Shown here: positions 12,830-24,671 of the stretch, piece after piece
Numbering within the stretch: the first letter of the stretch is position 1
Layout of the letters: every line of letters begins with the position of its first letter
DNA from: Azolla caroliniana
Lineage: Eukaryota > Plantae > Polypodiophyta
DNA length: 64,000 nucleotides
Reading direction: 5' to 3'
NCBI GenBank assembly: GCA_043228905.1
Contig: JBHGNT010000005.1
Span: forward strand, 1,426,001 to 1,490,000
Program-made: the position numbers and the translations under genes
Notes under the pieces: model-generated
What the model was told of the DNA's origin: nothing
What the model saw: the letters and a program-made list of their open reading frames with translations, nothing else
The model's database searches: none

Positions 12830-14832
12830 CTAGGAGTATACACTACTACAGTCTACTACTTTTCATGCACATGACATAAGCCCACACACACCCATCACAC
12901 ATCACAACCCGACACACATCCCCGTCCGCCCGCCCGCCCATTCTGTATGCTATGGGTCTTGCATTGTTCCACCTGGTTTCTACAGGACTCCAATACCACC
13001 ACAATGCACGTTCACGGAACTATATTGACCTAACCCAACCGTCTTCGACTCGAACCTTTTGCTCATGTATGGCTTGTAGTATAAGACCTCATTTGAGGAG
13101 AATCTAAGTGTTGGCTCTGGTGCGTTTGTGCTTAGAATCTAACTTCTACTTGGAAACCTCAAGATGATAATGAGATTTCAACCATGCAATACACATGAAA
13201 ACACAACAAGTATGACTTTTGATACTATATAAGAAACATCTAATAAGCATAGGCATGTGGGAGTGATATTATACATGAAAGAACTTGTCAAGTGTAAACA
13301 TTGAGAACCATAATCTCACGTTGATCTCTATGCAAAAAAAAAAACCCTCAAGGTCTCAATTCAAAACAAAGAGTCGTCCTTAACAAAAAGGTTGGTAGCA
13401 AGTTGCAACTATAAATTTTCTTGCTCACAACCTTGTCCTCACAAACAAGCACTAGATATGCATGTGTGCATGCCACAATGCTTGATATATATTCACTCAA
13501 CGACATGAATGCGATATCCATATGGTACACTAGTCAATATTATAGGATGATTAGATGGACACAAGTTGGTCATGTTATGGAAGTGAGCTTCCGTTCTAGC
13601 CTAGGTCATCACACTGCATGGTTTTCATTTTTCTTGGCAGAACTCATCTCCATTGCACTTTGTAATCTTGGAGACATTAATCATGCAACTGTAAAGAATA
13701 ATGTGATCTAAATGTGGAAACAAGTGCATGAATGATTAATGTTAAAAACAAGCCAATAAGGCATGACATGTGTGCTGATTGGGTTGTAAATTATTTATTC
13801 ACCATTTTCATTTCAATTGACCTTACCCATTACTAATCTCACAAAACAGCTACTTCACATACAATAAGAAACTTTCTTGTCAATTAACTCTCATCAGATA
13901 CTAGTATTGGTAAATCAGAATTTATAATTTGTGATACAGCAAACTAAGCAAAAGGGAACAGTTGATAATTTAATCATTCCGCGGAACTCATTTCTCAAGC
14001 TAGAAGCAAAACACTATTTCTTGTGATGGTTGCTTAAAAAAACACAGAGCATCCCATAACACTGGCAACACGTCAAGCCTCAGAATTGCCTCCTTTAAAT
14101 AAAAAAGTATCCAACACGTTTTGCCAAAAAAGTCATCAAGTTTGTACCCTACACTATGGTCATCAATTAGACTTTGTCACAAGATGTTCCATTTTCTTCC
14201 CACTATCAAAACCACTTCTATATACACACGCATTAATCCTAACAAATGCTGCGACAAAACCCCAATCATTAGTTGGTAATAAGGGATAATTATCTTCAAG
14301 TGAAATGGCATTATATTCAATGGTTTCTAACAGGGCAGTCTTGGTACTGCACATTAGTTCTTTACCACAACTCTAGATTTGTTCCTCAACACAACCCCAT
14401 TCCATCTATATCAGTCAATTCCTCCTCTTAACCTCAAACGATACTGAATGTAGCCAATAAAATTTACCATCCTCGCTGCAATGAGACCATTGGACAGGAA
14501 AGTCAAGATAAAGATAATGCCATGGCAGAAAATCTAGTTTTAGTTGGTTTTAAAAAATACAATAGATCAACAAGGCATTATTCCTACCAATAGCATGGTG
14601 CTTCAAACAAACGTTTGCAAAATGCTTTCAGTGCCCCTGCGAGCCTGAGAGCATATATAGATGCACAAAATACATAAAAATTAATAATACTAAAACATAT
14701 TTGTCCTTCGGGTGATTGATAGCAATCACATTGAAATTCATAATTATGTGCCTTGCTCCCACTCAAAGAGGAGGAATTCAAGGCTGTTTCAGCATGCTCA
14801 GAAACTGATGGCGATCAATCTTCCAGAAACAC

Positions 14833-15404
14833 CTGCAACCATGAAGAGGCTAAAGATAAAAGCTTCATGGTTCAAATCAGAAGAGTCTAGTATTAGATTC
14901 ACGCTCTCATTAAGATTTAGAATGGTTTTCGGTCAGTTCTAAAATCTTATAAAAACACTGTTTCCTGTCCATGCTTTAAGCTAGAAGTAAGACATAATAA
15001 CATCACTTTAATGCCTTTTTATCAACTCAAATTCCTGCCAACATCATTTCCATTCTTTATGCTAAAAAATGAGGTTGACACGTATATTGAAGTCCCGCCA
15101 TTGAATACAACACACAGTACTGTAGCTGAGTTCCACAATTATTTAATTTATCTCTGTTATTAGACCTCTTCAAACATTACCCCCTACTTCTAAGGCTCAC
15201 CGTTCATGTTACACAATCAAAAACCTTGAGACTTCCTTGATTGACTTTGAAGATTCCCAACCAAGCATTGTGGAAATACTCATCTCCTTGAATTTTTCTA
15301 GTATGAGGTAACAGAAATGCTAACAGACTGTATTTCATATCAGTAATCGGTGCTACTTCTTATCGCATGTGATCCTAGAACTTAAAAAAGTAGAAAGAAC
15401 TTAC
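14833..15404 (-). other. Predicted intron in the eRF1 3'UTR (about 570 nt)
   Basis: Consensus donor GTAAGT at 15404; best-looking acceptor GGTTGCAG|GT at 14833. The acceptor is less certain than the donor. Confidence 0.6.
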
Positions 15405-15541
15405 ATTTTCTCCAACAAAAGCTAGGCAACTTAATGTCCCTGTCCTTCCACTACCAGAGATAGCTGGAAAACAACAGGAGCTAAAGGATCCCAATCATGC
15501 ATAATGCTCCTGTTGCATTCATCAGGATGAGCCTGGCGTCA
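15405..15541 (-). promoter_or_regulatory. eRF1 3'UTR readthrough/NMD cassette: UGA-C stop, stem-loop, 35-codon extension, second stop, then intron donor
   Basis: TGA CGC CAG... open to TAA at 15431-15433; perfect 10-bp inverted repeat 15506-15515/15472-15481; AAAAT|GTAAGT donor at 15405/15404. Confidence 0.75.
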
Positions 15542-16876
15542 GTCAGAATCGTCATAAGTATCTTCATTGTCTGAGATGTCATCAAAGGTCCTCATGTCGA
15601 GCTGATAACGAAGAATGCCACCAATTCCACCAAATCCTCTACAAAACTGTGATCCTTCCTGAGACCTGTTAGTGACAAACTCAAGTGTACAACCGAACCT
15701 CTTATACTCATTTGCAAACCATTCTAGCAGTGATGTCTTCTCTTGAACCTCGAGCTCAGCACCTGATCCAGGATCGCGGAAGTTGGATTGATCAGATTCT
15801 TGTTCCTTAGTTAGATGCTTGATCACAATCTCTGCTGTGACTGCGTTCTTCAGCACGTAACGGTTCACATCTAGATTCTCCCAAACAATCAACGTCTCCA
15901 CAGCACCCATTTCAAGAGCTTTCAGAGTATCTTCGATTCCAAATACGTATTTACCCGTGTCTTGACTGATCTCTTCAAAGTACTTACCAATCAGACGCTT
16001 CTCTTGGATGAACTTCACGTTGGCTAAAACCTCCGCTGAGAGCTCAATGGCCTGATTGAATCCATTCTCCCCACCATACGAAACATCTACAACCTTCAAA
16101 ATCTTCACTTGCAAGCGAGGATCAAACATGTCAGACTGGCTAAGCTCTGTCTTGAAATCAGCAGATCCAGCCAGAATAAGGCCAGACACATTAGGCTGGC
16201 TCGTGGCGGGATTTATGAAGAACTGCGTCGAGAGCTCCGCAGTCTTCCTAACATAGTTATGGCGTTTCTCCATTCGAAGGCGTGCAAAACGAAGAGCAGA
16301 TTGGCCTCCTCGACCGTGTTTCTTGGGAAGATCAACGGTAAACTTGTGGAGAATCTCACGAGTGTTTCCACTCAGAGTGCCAAACAGAGCACCATTACCA
16401 TCCATGACAATGAAGCCAAACTTGTCATCAGATTCGAGCAACTCGTTGAGAGCTTCGGTGTGGAACTTGTTGTCACAGAGGTAAAGAGAGGCATTGATAG
16501 GCTTGAAGGGCTCAAAATCGATGGTTACCTTCTTCTCCTTGCCATCATCAGTGACGATGGTGCCGGTGTAGAGCACGAGGCCGTTGGGGGGCACTTTGTT
16601 GTAGAGTTTGAGGCGCTGCTGAGCAGATGTGATGGCACCAAGGACAGACTGACGATTGACCCTGTTCTTGATGTTCGATGCGGTGCCGAATTCATCACCG
16701 AGCATCTTTGCGACCCGGGCGACCTGATCTCGAGGGGGCATAATGAGGGAGATCATGCTGGTTCCATTGCCGCGAGCAGACTCGAGGCCTTTGATAAGCT
16801 TCTTGATCTTCCATATCTCGATATTGTAGTCAGTGTCACCACCTGAGGTTCCGCCTCCGCCTCCGTTCTCCGCCAT
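15539..16876 (-). CDS. eRF1: Eukaryotic peptide chain release factor subunit 1 (eRF1), 445 aa, intronless CDS
   Basis: [15 protein letters not shown](N)[25 protein letters not shown] and [11 protein letters not shown] motifs. The likely start is GCCATGG at 16876 (MAENGGGG); the longer ORF-track start is a non-ATG 5'UTR extension. Confidence 0.98.
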   Translation of the reverse strand: MAENGGGGGTSGGDTDYNIEIWKIKKLIKGLESARGNGTSMISLIMPPRDQVARVAKMLGDEFGTASNIKNRVNRQSVLGAITSAQQRLKLYNKVPPNGLVLYTGTIVTDDGKEKKVTIDFEPFKPINASLYLCDNKFHTEALNELLESDDKFGFIVMDGNGALFGTLSGNTREILHKFTVDLPKKHGRGGQSALRFARLRMEKRHNYVRKTAELSTQFFINPATSQPNVSGLILAGSADFKTELSQSDMFDPRLQVKILKVVDVSYGGENGFNQAIELSAEVLANVKFIQEKRLIGKYFEEISQDTGKYVFGIEDTLKALEMGAVETLIVWENLDVNRYVLKNAVTAEIVIKHLTKEQESDQSNFRDPGSGAELEVQEKTSLLEWFANEYKRFGCTLEFVTNRSQEGSQFCRGFGGIGGILRYQLDMRTFDDISDNEDTYDDSD

Positions 16877-16995
16877 GGCCGACAGTAGAAGAGAGGAGGA
16901 GAGATTCCTGTGTTTCGGAGACTCTGCGCTGCCTTCTGCAGAGAAAGCAGGAAATGCAGAGGAGGAGGAGGGCGAGAAGGAAGACGCAGGACTGC

Positions 16996-17015
16996 TAGGG
17001 TTTCGATTCTTATAG
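16996..17015 (-). promoter_or_regulatory. TATA-like box and telo-box (AAACCCTA) at the 5' end of eRF1
   Basis: Minus strand reads CTATAAGAATCGAAACCCTAG about 120-140 nt above the ATG. Telo-boxes are typical of plant translation-machinery genes. Confidence 0.5.
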
Positions 17016-19390
17016 TTGAGAGGTCCTGGTGTGAAGGCGCCCTTAAAACAGGCACATGTGACCATAACACATAAATCAATACACATACATACATAAAAAG
17101 CAAAGGAAAAGCAAAGGAGACACTAGAGACGACCTGAACTCAACTTAGAGTCCCATGTCCAAAACTCGGAGTCACTTCCCTGCCTTCCATGTCACCTTCC
17201 ATCGTCCATTTTTCCTGCCCTACCCCACCCAACTGCCCGAATATCTCGAAGCAATACAATGCACACACATAGACACATTTTGCTCCTTAATTGATGCCAC
17301 GCTCTCCTCCTACACCCAAAACCAACCAATTCCTTCGTATCTATCTATCTCAACTCACTACTTATATCTTTGTTGCGCGTGATCTATTTAATTACGATAT
17401 CATATGGTTGTCTAAACAATGCTACTCCAGGGCCTTCCTACTCTTAGTGTCGCGACACTTGGATTCCCAATGGATGAAGACATAACTGCCCTTGTTGAGT
17501 TGGCATCTTCAAACATAATGGGAGCATCCATCCATGTGATCGATTAGATCTTGTCACATCCATTGCCACCTTATGGCATTCTAGAGCAATAATATTGTCT
17601 TCCCTCATCGAAACTTTTGCCTCCATATCCAAAACATACACCTCCTTTCCTCCTTGAGTCTTAACTTTGCCACCCTCCCTAGTAGTAGATGAAGTTCCAT
17701 TGCATTTGTTGCTCATTCTTACCAAACTATTCACATGGTTACTTTTAGTTGATTAGTCATTTGGCGTCAAAAGGATTCTGCTTCAACAATACTTTGCTTG
17801 AATTCCTCTAATGTGGGTGTCGCTAAATGGTTGTAGCCCATTGTAGATGAAAGTCAAACATGGTTTTCTTTAGTGTGGCCATCAAGTGCCTTCTTTTGAA
17901 AATGCTTAGTCACACATCCAGCCTTAGAAAACACTAGGCGCAATTTACTTGTCATTAGATGATATAGTTACGTGGCAATGTGAAGCCATGAAGCCATGAA
18001 GACACTCAAACCTCTTTTGCAAGCGTGGCCTCCCTTATGCCTAAACGACATGTGATCTTGTTGAGCCAACATCGTTGAACCCGTTCTTGATCTTTTGCAT
18101 GAGATGAGGCTTAAGGCAATAAAGGATCTCTTGGGATTCCTTGCATTCCCTCCTATGCGAATGCCTACCTTTCCTATCATGTGACGCATGTTGTCATCTC
18201 CTATGCCACATTCTAGAATTTTCTATGTAGTTATTTCCATCATGATTCAATGAAACATCATTGGGACCATTTTTTAGCCTCAACAACATCACAACCACAA
18301 CAAACAAATCCTAATAATTAAAAAAGAATATTCTAAACCCTTCTCTAAGTTATCATCATTAAACTTATTTAAGAAGTTTTACAATTCATGTTCTACGACC
18401 ATGTCCAAAATGGAATCAATAAAGGTAGGAGAATAGGGATCCCAAATTGTCACTAATTTAGATTTTAGCAATTTACTTTTAGTGTCCTCTAGCCCTAATA
18501 TGAAAGTGAGATAACATCATCATGCCAAAACCCTTATGAGACAATTTGATATTAGGCAACAAATTTCCAAGATATATACTCTATCCATGATGAGCATCAA
18601 ATATTATACTTAGACATAGAAAGATGAACATCACACAAATGCAAAATGTATAGTTGCAAGATTTACATCTATTCCCAATGAGTTAGCTGCCATCTCAACA
18701 TTTACTTCTTAGACATTTGTCATTCTTGTCCAACCCTTTTTTATCAACATCACAAGTTTGCTGGGCATCTGTCCCACCTTGTTGCAAGCCTTGTTTCTAT
18801 CACAAGCTGTTGTATTTTGGTTCATGTTTGTACATATAATCTCTCACTAATCTTTTACATATAATCATAAAGTATCCAACAAAAGTTTTCCCCTGTGTTT
18901 TCTCGTAGGTTCATGATATCACTTAATTTAGCATAAAATGAAACCAAAAGAAGGTGAGAATCTTAACATTCGATAGAAGTGCAAAGGTGGTAGTTAGACA
19001 TTGAAACAAGCAAGGCTCAACAGTACCAATGTTATGGAGTACAAAACTCATGCTTATCATCACCAAAATTGGGCAAAAAATGTATGCCTTACAAGACTAA
19101 TAACATGGGGGAGAGTCCGTCCATAAACGTTTCCTGCCTACATGATCGACTATTGTAATCAACCGAACCCATCCTAAAGTCTGTATTGTTTTGTTGTGCA
19201 TTACAAAGAAGGGGGTAAAGCCACCCCCCAACACTAACTTTTCTCTACACCAAGAAATATGGTTGGCATGTCCATGCACCTCATCTTATCACCATGAGGG
19301 GGGGACACACGACAATCCAAAGATCAAATTATTGAGGTGAAGGGTACAAACAAATGGGATAATCGAATGGGATATACAAGAACTCGTTAA

Positions 19391-22300
19391 TCATGAGCTA
19401 TGCATAGGATCGTGAGGAGTGGAAGGAGGAGCCATGGAACAGGCAGCAGCTTGCAAATACCATGCCTTCCAAGCTTCCATATAGTGACCAAACATGTGGT
19501 TCAGAGCTGAAAACATATCAACCAAACAAATCCATGACGTTAGGCTCGCACAGTAAAATGCATCAAACGTACCAATAATTAGGCAGAGGCCGGAATTATT
19601 TGGTAACAAGTTTCAAAGACATCATGAAAGCAAAATAATCAAGAGAAAGACTTTGAGATACTCAAGCTCCTTATTTCCCCCAAATGCCCTGAGCTTGGTT
19701 ACTCTTCGAAATAACATTGGTCAAAACCCAAAAGAGAACATGGGGATGAATTGGCCAAGTAATTGAAAAAGGGGAATGGATTGGTCATGCAATCACTCAA
19801 ATAGCAGACATAATTGCTCTGGGGATAACCAAGGGCATTTGTTGAAATAACAAAACTTTCAGCATTTTGGGAAATTTAAGGAAAAACTTTAGGGTATGGT
19901 GAGATTTTCCCCAATAATCAATTTATTACCTTCATTTTGATATTTGAGAGGTCCAGCATTGAAGCATGTTGTTTCCTTGTCACTTCCATTTTTTATGTGA
20001 CAATTCTCACAGTTCCTTTCACTGATATGGTGACATTTATGCATAGCTTGGAAAGGACAAAACATGGGGGCTGAAAGGAAATTCATGTAGAAAGGCATAC
20101 TCTTCTCATGTGCTGCTTTGGAATTTGTACATTGGCAACACCCCGTGGCACATCCACCAGCTGAGTATGAAGATGGGAAACAAGGCTTATTTTCATTACT
20201 CGACAGATTCATGTTTTTGTCATTCCCTGAATTTTTGTTTTCATTATTCCATTGCTCATGGTCTGCATTGTTGGATGGATCCTTGTTTTCATTATTCCAT
20301 AGATTTTTCTTGTTTTGATTACGTTGCCCTCCACATCCCTGCCTTGTTGGACTCCTTTCATGTGATGCTGAATTTGTCCACTCTCGCCATCCTCCATTGG
20401 AACCAAGGTTTAGCTTAGAAGCACTATTACTGCTAGCTGGTGATACAACTTCTGGCCGAGACGCTCCATCTCCTTGCATTCTTGGATAACATGGCACTGG
20501 ACTGTAAATAGGACTAGGTAGAATGTTCATATTCCTGCTCTGAAGAGGCTTTACCTTATTATCATTACTCCTTATCACACATTTCTCTTCAAAGCTGGAA
20601 TCCTCGCCCCCACATCTCGCTCGTTTGACCCTCTCCAGATTGGAGGAGTCAAATGTGGAAGAGCCTTTGATGTTAACTGGAACATCCAAATGAAAAATGC
20701 TATGAAAACCTAACTCTAGTATTATTGTCACGCAAATTAATTATTTGGATGTTAAGGCATGACGGAGTTTCCCATACCAGATGTCCCGTCAACTCCCTTC
20801 ACACCCAGCCACCTGAAGGCTGGCTTTCTATTCTTAGTTTCATTGGTCTACGAGAAAAACCAGAAAAGTTTATTTGATAACCACTCCGACTAGGAATACA
20901 AATTCATTTTAGCACATACAACGCAAGTGAAGATTACCTTTTCTATCAATCGGATTGAAGAGAATATATTTGCAATGTCATATAGCCTCCTAACTTTAGC
21001 TGCAAACGGTTAGCCAAATGTCATGGTTAAGAAAGCGATTGCAAGATTAGGTAGGAAAAAATTACTAGCTATAATTAGCCTTACTTTTCAACTTATAAGA
21101 GGATTCCTTGCAATCTTCGAGCAACACCTTGGCAGCATCTTCTAATGACACAATTTTAGTCTGCAAGTACAGTAAATTACGATATAATAAGTAAACAGAC
21201 TCTTACAATAGACATCACACTGGAAAAAAATGAGTTCAGCTACAATTTAACGAGGCTGAGATTTCCATTACTAAATCCCTTACTTTGGATACAAGGAACA
21301 GCTGAACAAATTTCTGGCTAAGCAGACCAAGTGATTTCTCTCTCCTTGTTTCTGCAGATGATAAAGGGGAGCAAATAAGTAAACAATGCACTCGTTTCAT
21401 TTTAAAACGAATCGATACAAAAACCAAGAAATCTTATGACATTACAATCTAATTACCAGGTCCAGACTTTGCTGAAACCGACTGAGAAGAACCATATTTC
21501 ATATCCAATAGAAGCATAGGCTCATCTACATTTAGGACAGAAATAGGACTGTTGTTAACGCCAGAAGCAGAAATATCATTTTGAGAGGTGCTGCCTCCCT
21601 CATCTTCAGCATCATCGTCTTCTTCTTCATCTACCTCATTTTCCTGCAGAATAAGAACTCGGGGGATAAGTTATGAAGGAACTCTTTCAAATGCAACACA
21701 TATATAACAAAATATCATACAAGTTCCACATACATTATTATTATCACTCGCTGCTGCTGCTTCAGTGCCTCTAAAACTAGCTAAACGGCTTCCTCGTATA
21801 ACAGCATCCTTCTGATAGTTACGGAAAAAAAGGATAATATAAGAAAAAAATAGTTAAGTCAATTAATACCAAACGTGAAGTTATAGCAATATTTTCCACT
21901 GTCATGAGGAACACTTCAAATTCTTCAAACTAGCCTGGAAGGAGAGGAAGAAATCGAAAATCCTTGAAGGATAAGCCAACCTTCAGTGCTTCTAAAGCTT
22001 CAGGAATTCTGCTAAATCCATGCCAAGTATATTGATTCTTCGCCTTGCGCACCAGAATCTATGATTATAAGAAACCACGGAAGATTTAGTGAGACAGAAA
22101 GCACGACATTTCACCTTACTATGAAGACCAGGTTCCATAGAAGAAGGAATAATTTACAAGATTAGAAATCATATCTAGCACCGACTTCAAAGAGAAGGAG
22201 AGTGCATGAAAGAAATAAACATGTCTGACATGTTTTCCGGGGAGAGGAAAAAAGCTGTACAAATAAATTTCTTATATCCTATCGCAGATGTCTGAGAAAA

Positions 22301-23039
22301 GAGGAAGAGGAAGAGGAAGGTAGTAAACATAAGAAAGGCTTATATGTAGCACCGTTTTCAGAGATTGGAAAGGAATGTAATAAGAATTATAATTTATACC
22401 TAGCACGGTTTTCAGAAAAAGGGGTATCATGAGCAAATATGTAGCAGATACCATGAGAGTTCAGTGCGTGAGAAAGCGATTAAATTGAGCATACCTGAAT
22501 GCTCTCTAGAACGTTGACAATGTCATAAATTCTTCGACGTTCAACACCTGTTGATCACCGATTCATAATTCATGATGGAGCTTTACGCAAAATTCAAAAT
22601 ATCGCCAGAATTTTGCATACACAACCGATAAAGAGACGTACACAATGAATTAATTATCAGTCAAATACCTAAACGGTTCGCAGCGTCATCCAGACTGATG
22701 GATTCTGCCTGTTCGTTGGTGTAAAGGTGCAGGAAACTGTCGAGAAGAAAGGAAGAGAAGTTAATACAAATAGAGCTGTAGATCTAACACGAATGGAGGG
22801 GAACACTGAACGAATTTTGACTCCGAAAAAGTAATTTGTTTCTAGTTAAATATGGAAATAAGGAGAGGATCCTACTTCTCGCAGAGGAGGCCGAGAGATT
22901 TCTCCTTCCGACTGTAATTCGTGGGGATGGCAGCAGTGTTGTGAGACTTGATGTGGGAAATGTCGGAGAAGATGAAGCTGCTGTCGACAGTGGAGGGTGG
23001 GGCAGCCATGGTGGAAAGGGGAGTGCAGGGAGCGAGCAT
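19391..23039 (-). CDS. Atypical E2F transcription factor (DEL/E2Fe-like, two DNA-binding domains), 12 exons
   Basis: Two winged-helix domains: YSRKEKSLGLLCENF...GVERRRIYDIVNVLES...YTWHG and RREKSLGLLSQKFV...KVRRLYDIANIFSS...RKPAFRWLG. The last exon (19506..19391) completes the DEL C-terminal motif KYQNEALNHMFGHYMEAWKAWY. Start is ATG 23039 or the in-frame CCACCATGG at 23009. Confidence 0.93.
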
Positions 23040-23184
23040 GAATGAGGGTGAGAGGGGACAGGTGGAGGAAGGAAGGCGAAGAAGAAGAAGAAGAAGAAGA
23101 AGAAGAAGGGAAGCAGAAGCAGAAGAAAAGGCGGAAAAGCTATGGCGGGAGAGGGGGAGAGGAGCGGGGAGATGTGTGTTCTTC

Positions 23185-23215
<31 letters not shown>

Positions 23216-23609
23216 CTGCGAGTTTTCCTGCTCTAAAAATTCTACCTTCTTCTTTTTTTCCTCGTTGTTTTTTTTCTTCTTTTTTCAAATTTGAAGGTTC
23301 TAAAAATCTTTCTTTTCCCTCCTTTCTCTTCCCTTCCTTTTTGGTTTTTGTTTAATGGGGGGGGGCCTATTTTAACTTCTTCTTCCTTTGCCTCGCTTTT
23401 TCTCGAATTTGCTTTTTGTGAGTGTCTGTCTGTGGGGTGGGGTGGTGGTCTCTTCTTTTCTGCATACGTCACCCACACCCCCCTTTTCTTCCTTTCGCGT
23501 TAAGTATGTACATAATTGATTAATTATGTAAATAAAACGTTCACGCTTCTTTCCTTCCCTCAGGACCGTTTGGACTTTTATTTTTCTTTTATTGCTTCCT
23601 TCCTGGGCC

Positions 23610-23957
23610 ATCTCCACCGTCCATTATTTCCCCTCGTCCCCTCCATCTCCACCGTCCATCCCTCCCCATCATCATCCGATCTCTCTCTCTCTCTGTGCCT
23701 CTGCATTCATTCCTATAAAACGCAAAACATTTTATTATTTACCACCATTTTTAATTTCCCCTTTTTTTCCACTTTATTACCCGCTGTACACCTCGCAATT
23801 ATGTGTGCATAGTCACAACCAATCTCGTCCATCCATCCGCCCCCGAGCCTTCGGATCAATCTACGCCGTCCGTTTCGTGGATTTTGCATTATTACCATCT
23901 CAACTCAATCTGGCCTGTTCATCTAAAAAGGGGGGAAGATCAATCTCCGCCGTCCAT
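23610..23957. promoter_or_regulatory. Cluster of four MSA-like ATCTMCRCCGTCCRT motifs upstream of the DEL gene
   Basis: Copies near 23610, 23645, 23859 and 23943; the reverse complement contains GGACGG, a variant of the MSA core AACGG. Confidence 0.45.
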
Positions 23958-24400
23958 TTTATCTGGCAACCCGTCAACCATTGATGCATCCAATCCATTC
24001 ATAAACTCCCATTCTAATTGACGTATCTCATCCATACACATACACATACACACACACACACATTTAATTGGTGCGTGTGTATTGCATGCACGTAACAACA
24101 TTGCATGCATGGTGGTGTATGTCACATGTGTGTGACTTGCATGTATTATGTATATGTATGTATGTATGTATGTAAGGACACCATGCATGCATGCCCGCCC
24201 CAACAATGTGATGATGGTCCTCTGACTCCTAAGGTTCTAAGGTTCGATCGCACGTGCTATGTTTTATTTTGATTGCTTTCCTTGTCTCTGCTTTTGGGGA
24301 ATAAATAAAAAACAGTCATTTATTTATCTTCCACATTATTCCCACCTTTTCTTGGATATATCATATATATCTCTGTACATAATACATATATGTTTCAGCA

Positions 24401-24408
24401 TTTCCCGC
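24401..24408 (+). promoter_or_regulatory. E2F consensus site TTTCCCGC about 1.4 kb upstream of the DEL gene
   Basis: Exact match to TTTSSCGC; a single 8-mer, so it could be chance. Confidence 0.3.
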
Positions 24409-24671
24409 CTCCACTTCTAACTTGTGCATATCTATTGTTTTTCATTACACCACAATTGAGCACATAGGAATAATTGGAAGACTCCGAGATAACCATTTCA
24501 TCCATATCTTTCTCACTCGAGCTTCCGATTAACCTTAACTCTTATGAACACAGGTTCCATTAGGAAGCTCAAGGAGAAGGAAGATGTCTAAAACATAACA
24601 AGTTATACTTTCGGTTTTCAAGAGTCCTGAATGGGTGTCTCCTAACCCTAGGCCCCTAATATCTTCTACCG

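Noticed and set aside
16109-16846. 245-aa plus-strand ORF
   Set aside because: Antisense shadow of the eRF1 CDS, with no recognisable motifs.
16877-17086. 70-aa N-terminal extension of eRF1 in the ORF track
   Set aside because: Starts at a non-ATG codon and runs through the TATA/telo-box and pyrimidine-rich 5'UTR; ATG 16876 has a strong context.
17440-18250. Stop-riddled coding-like sequence between eRF1 and DEL (possible LINE remnant)
   Set aside because: Only vague Trp-rich similarity; cannot be supported.
19889-19929. ORF-track stop for the DEL gene
   Set aside because: Lies in an intron; splicing at 19930 to 19506 restores the conserved C-terminal motif.
20678-20690. Apparent non-canonical GG acceptor in DEL
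   Set aside because: A canonical TTCCAG| acceptor 9 nt further on preserves the frame.
22860-22875. Possible U12-type intron in the E2F-family gene
   Set aside because: The donor is GTAGGATCC, not GTATCCTT/ATATCCTT; all DEL introns look U2-type.
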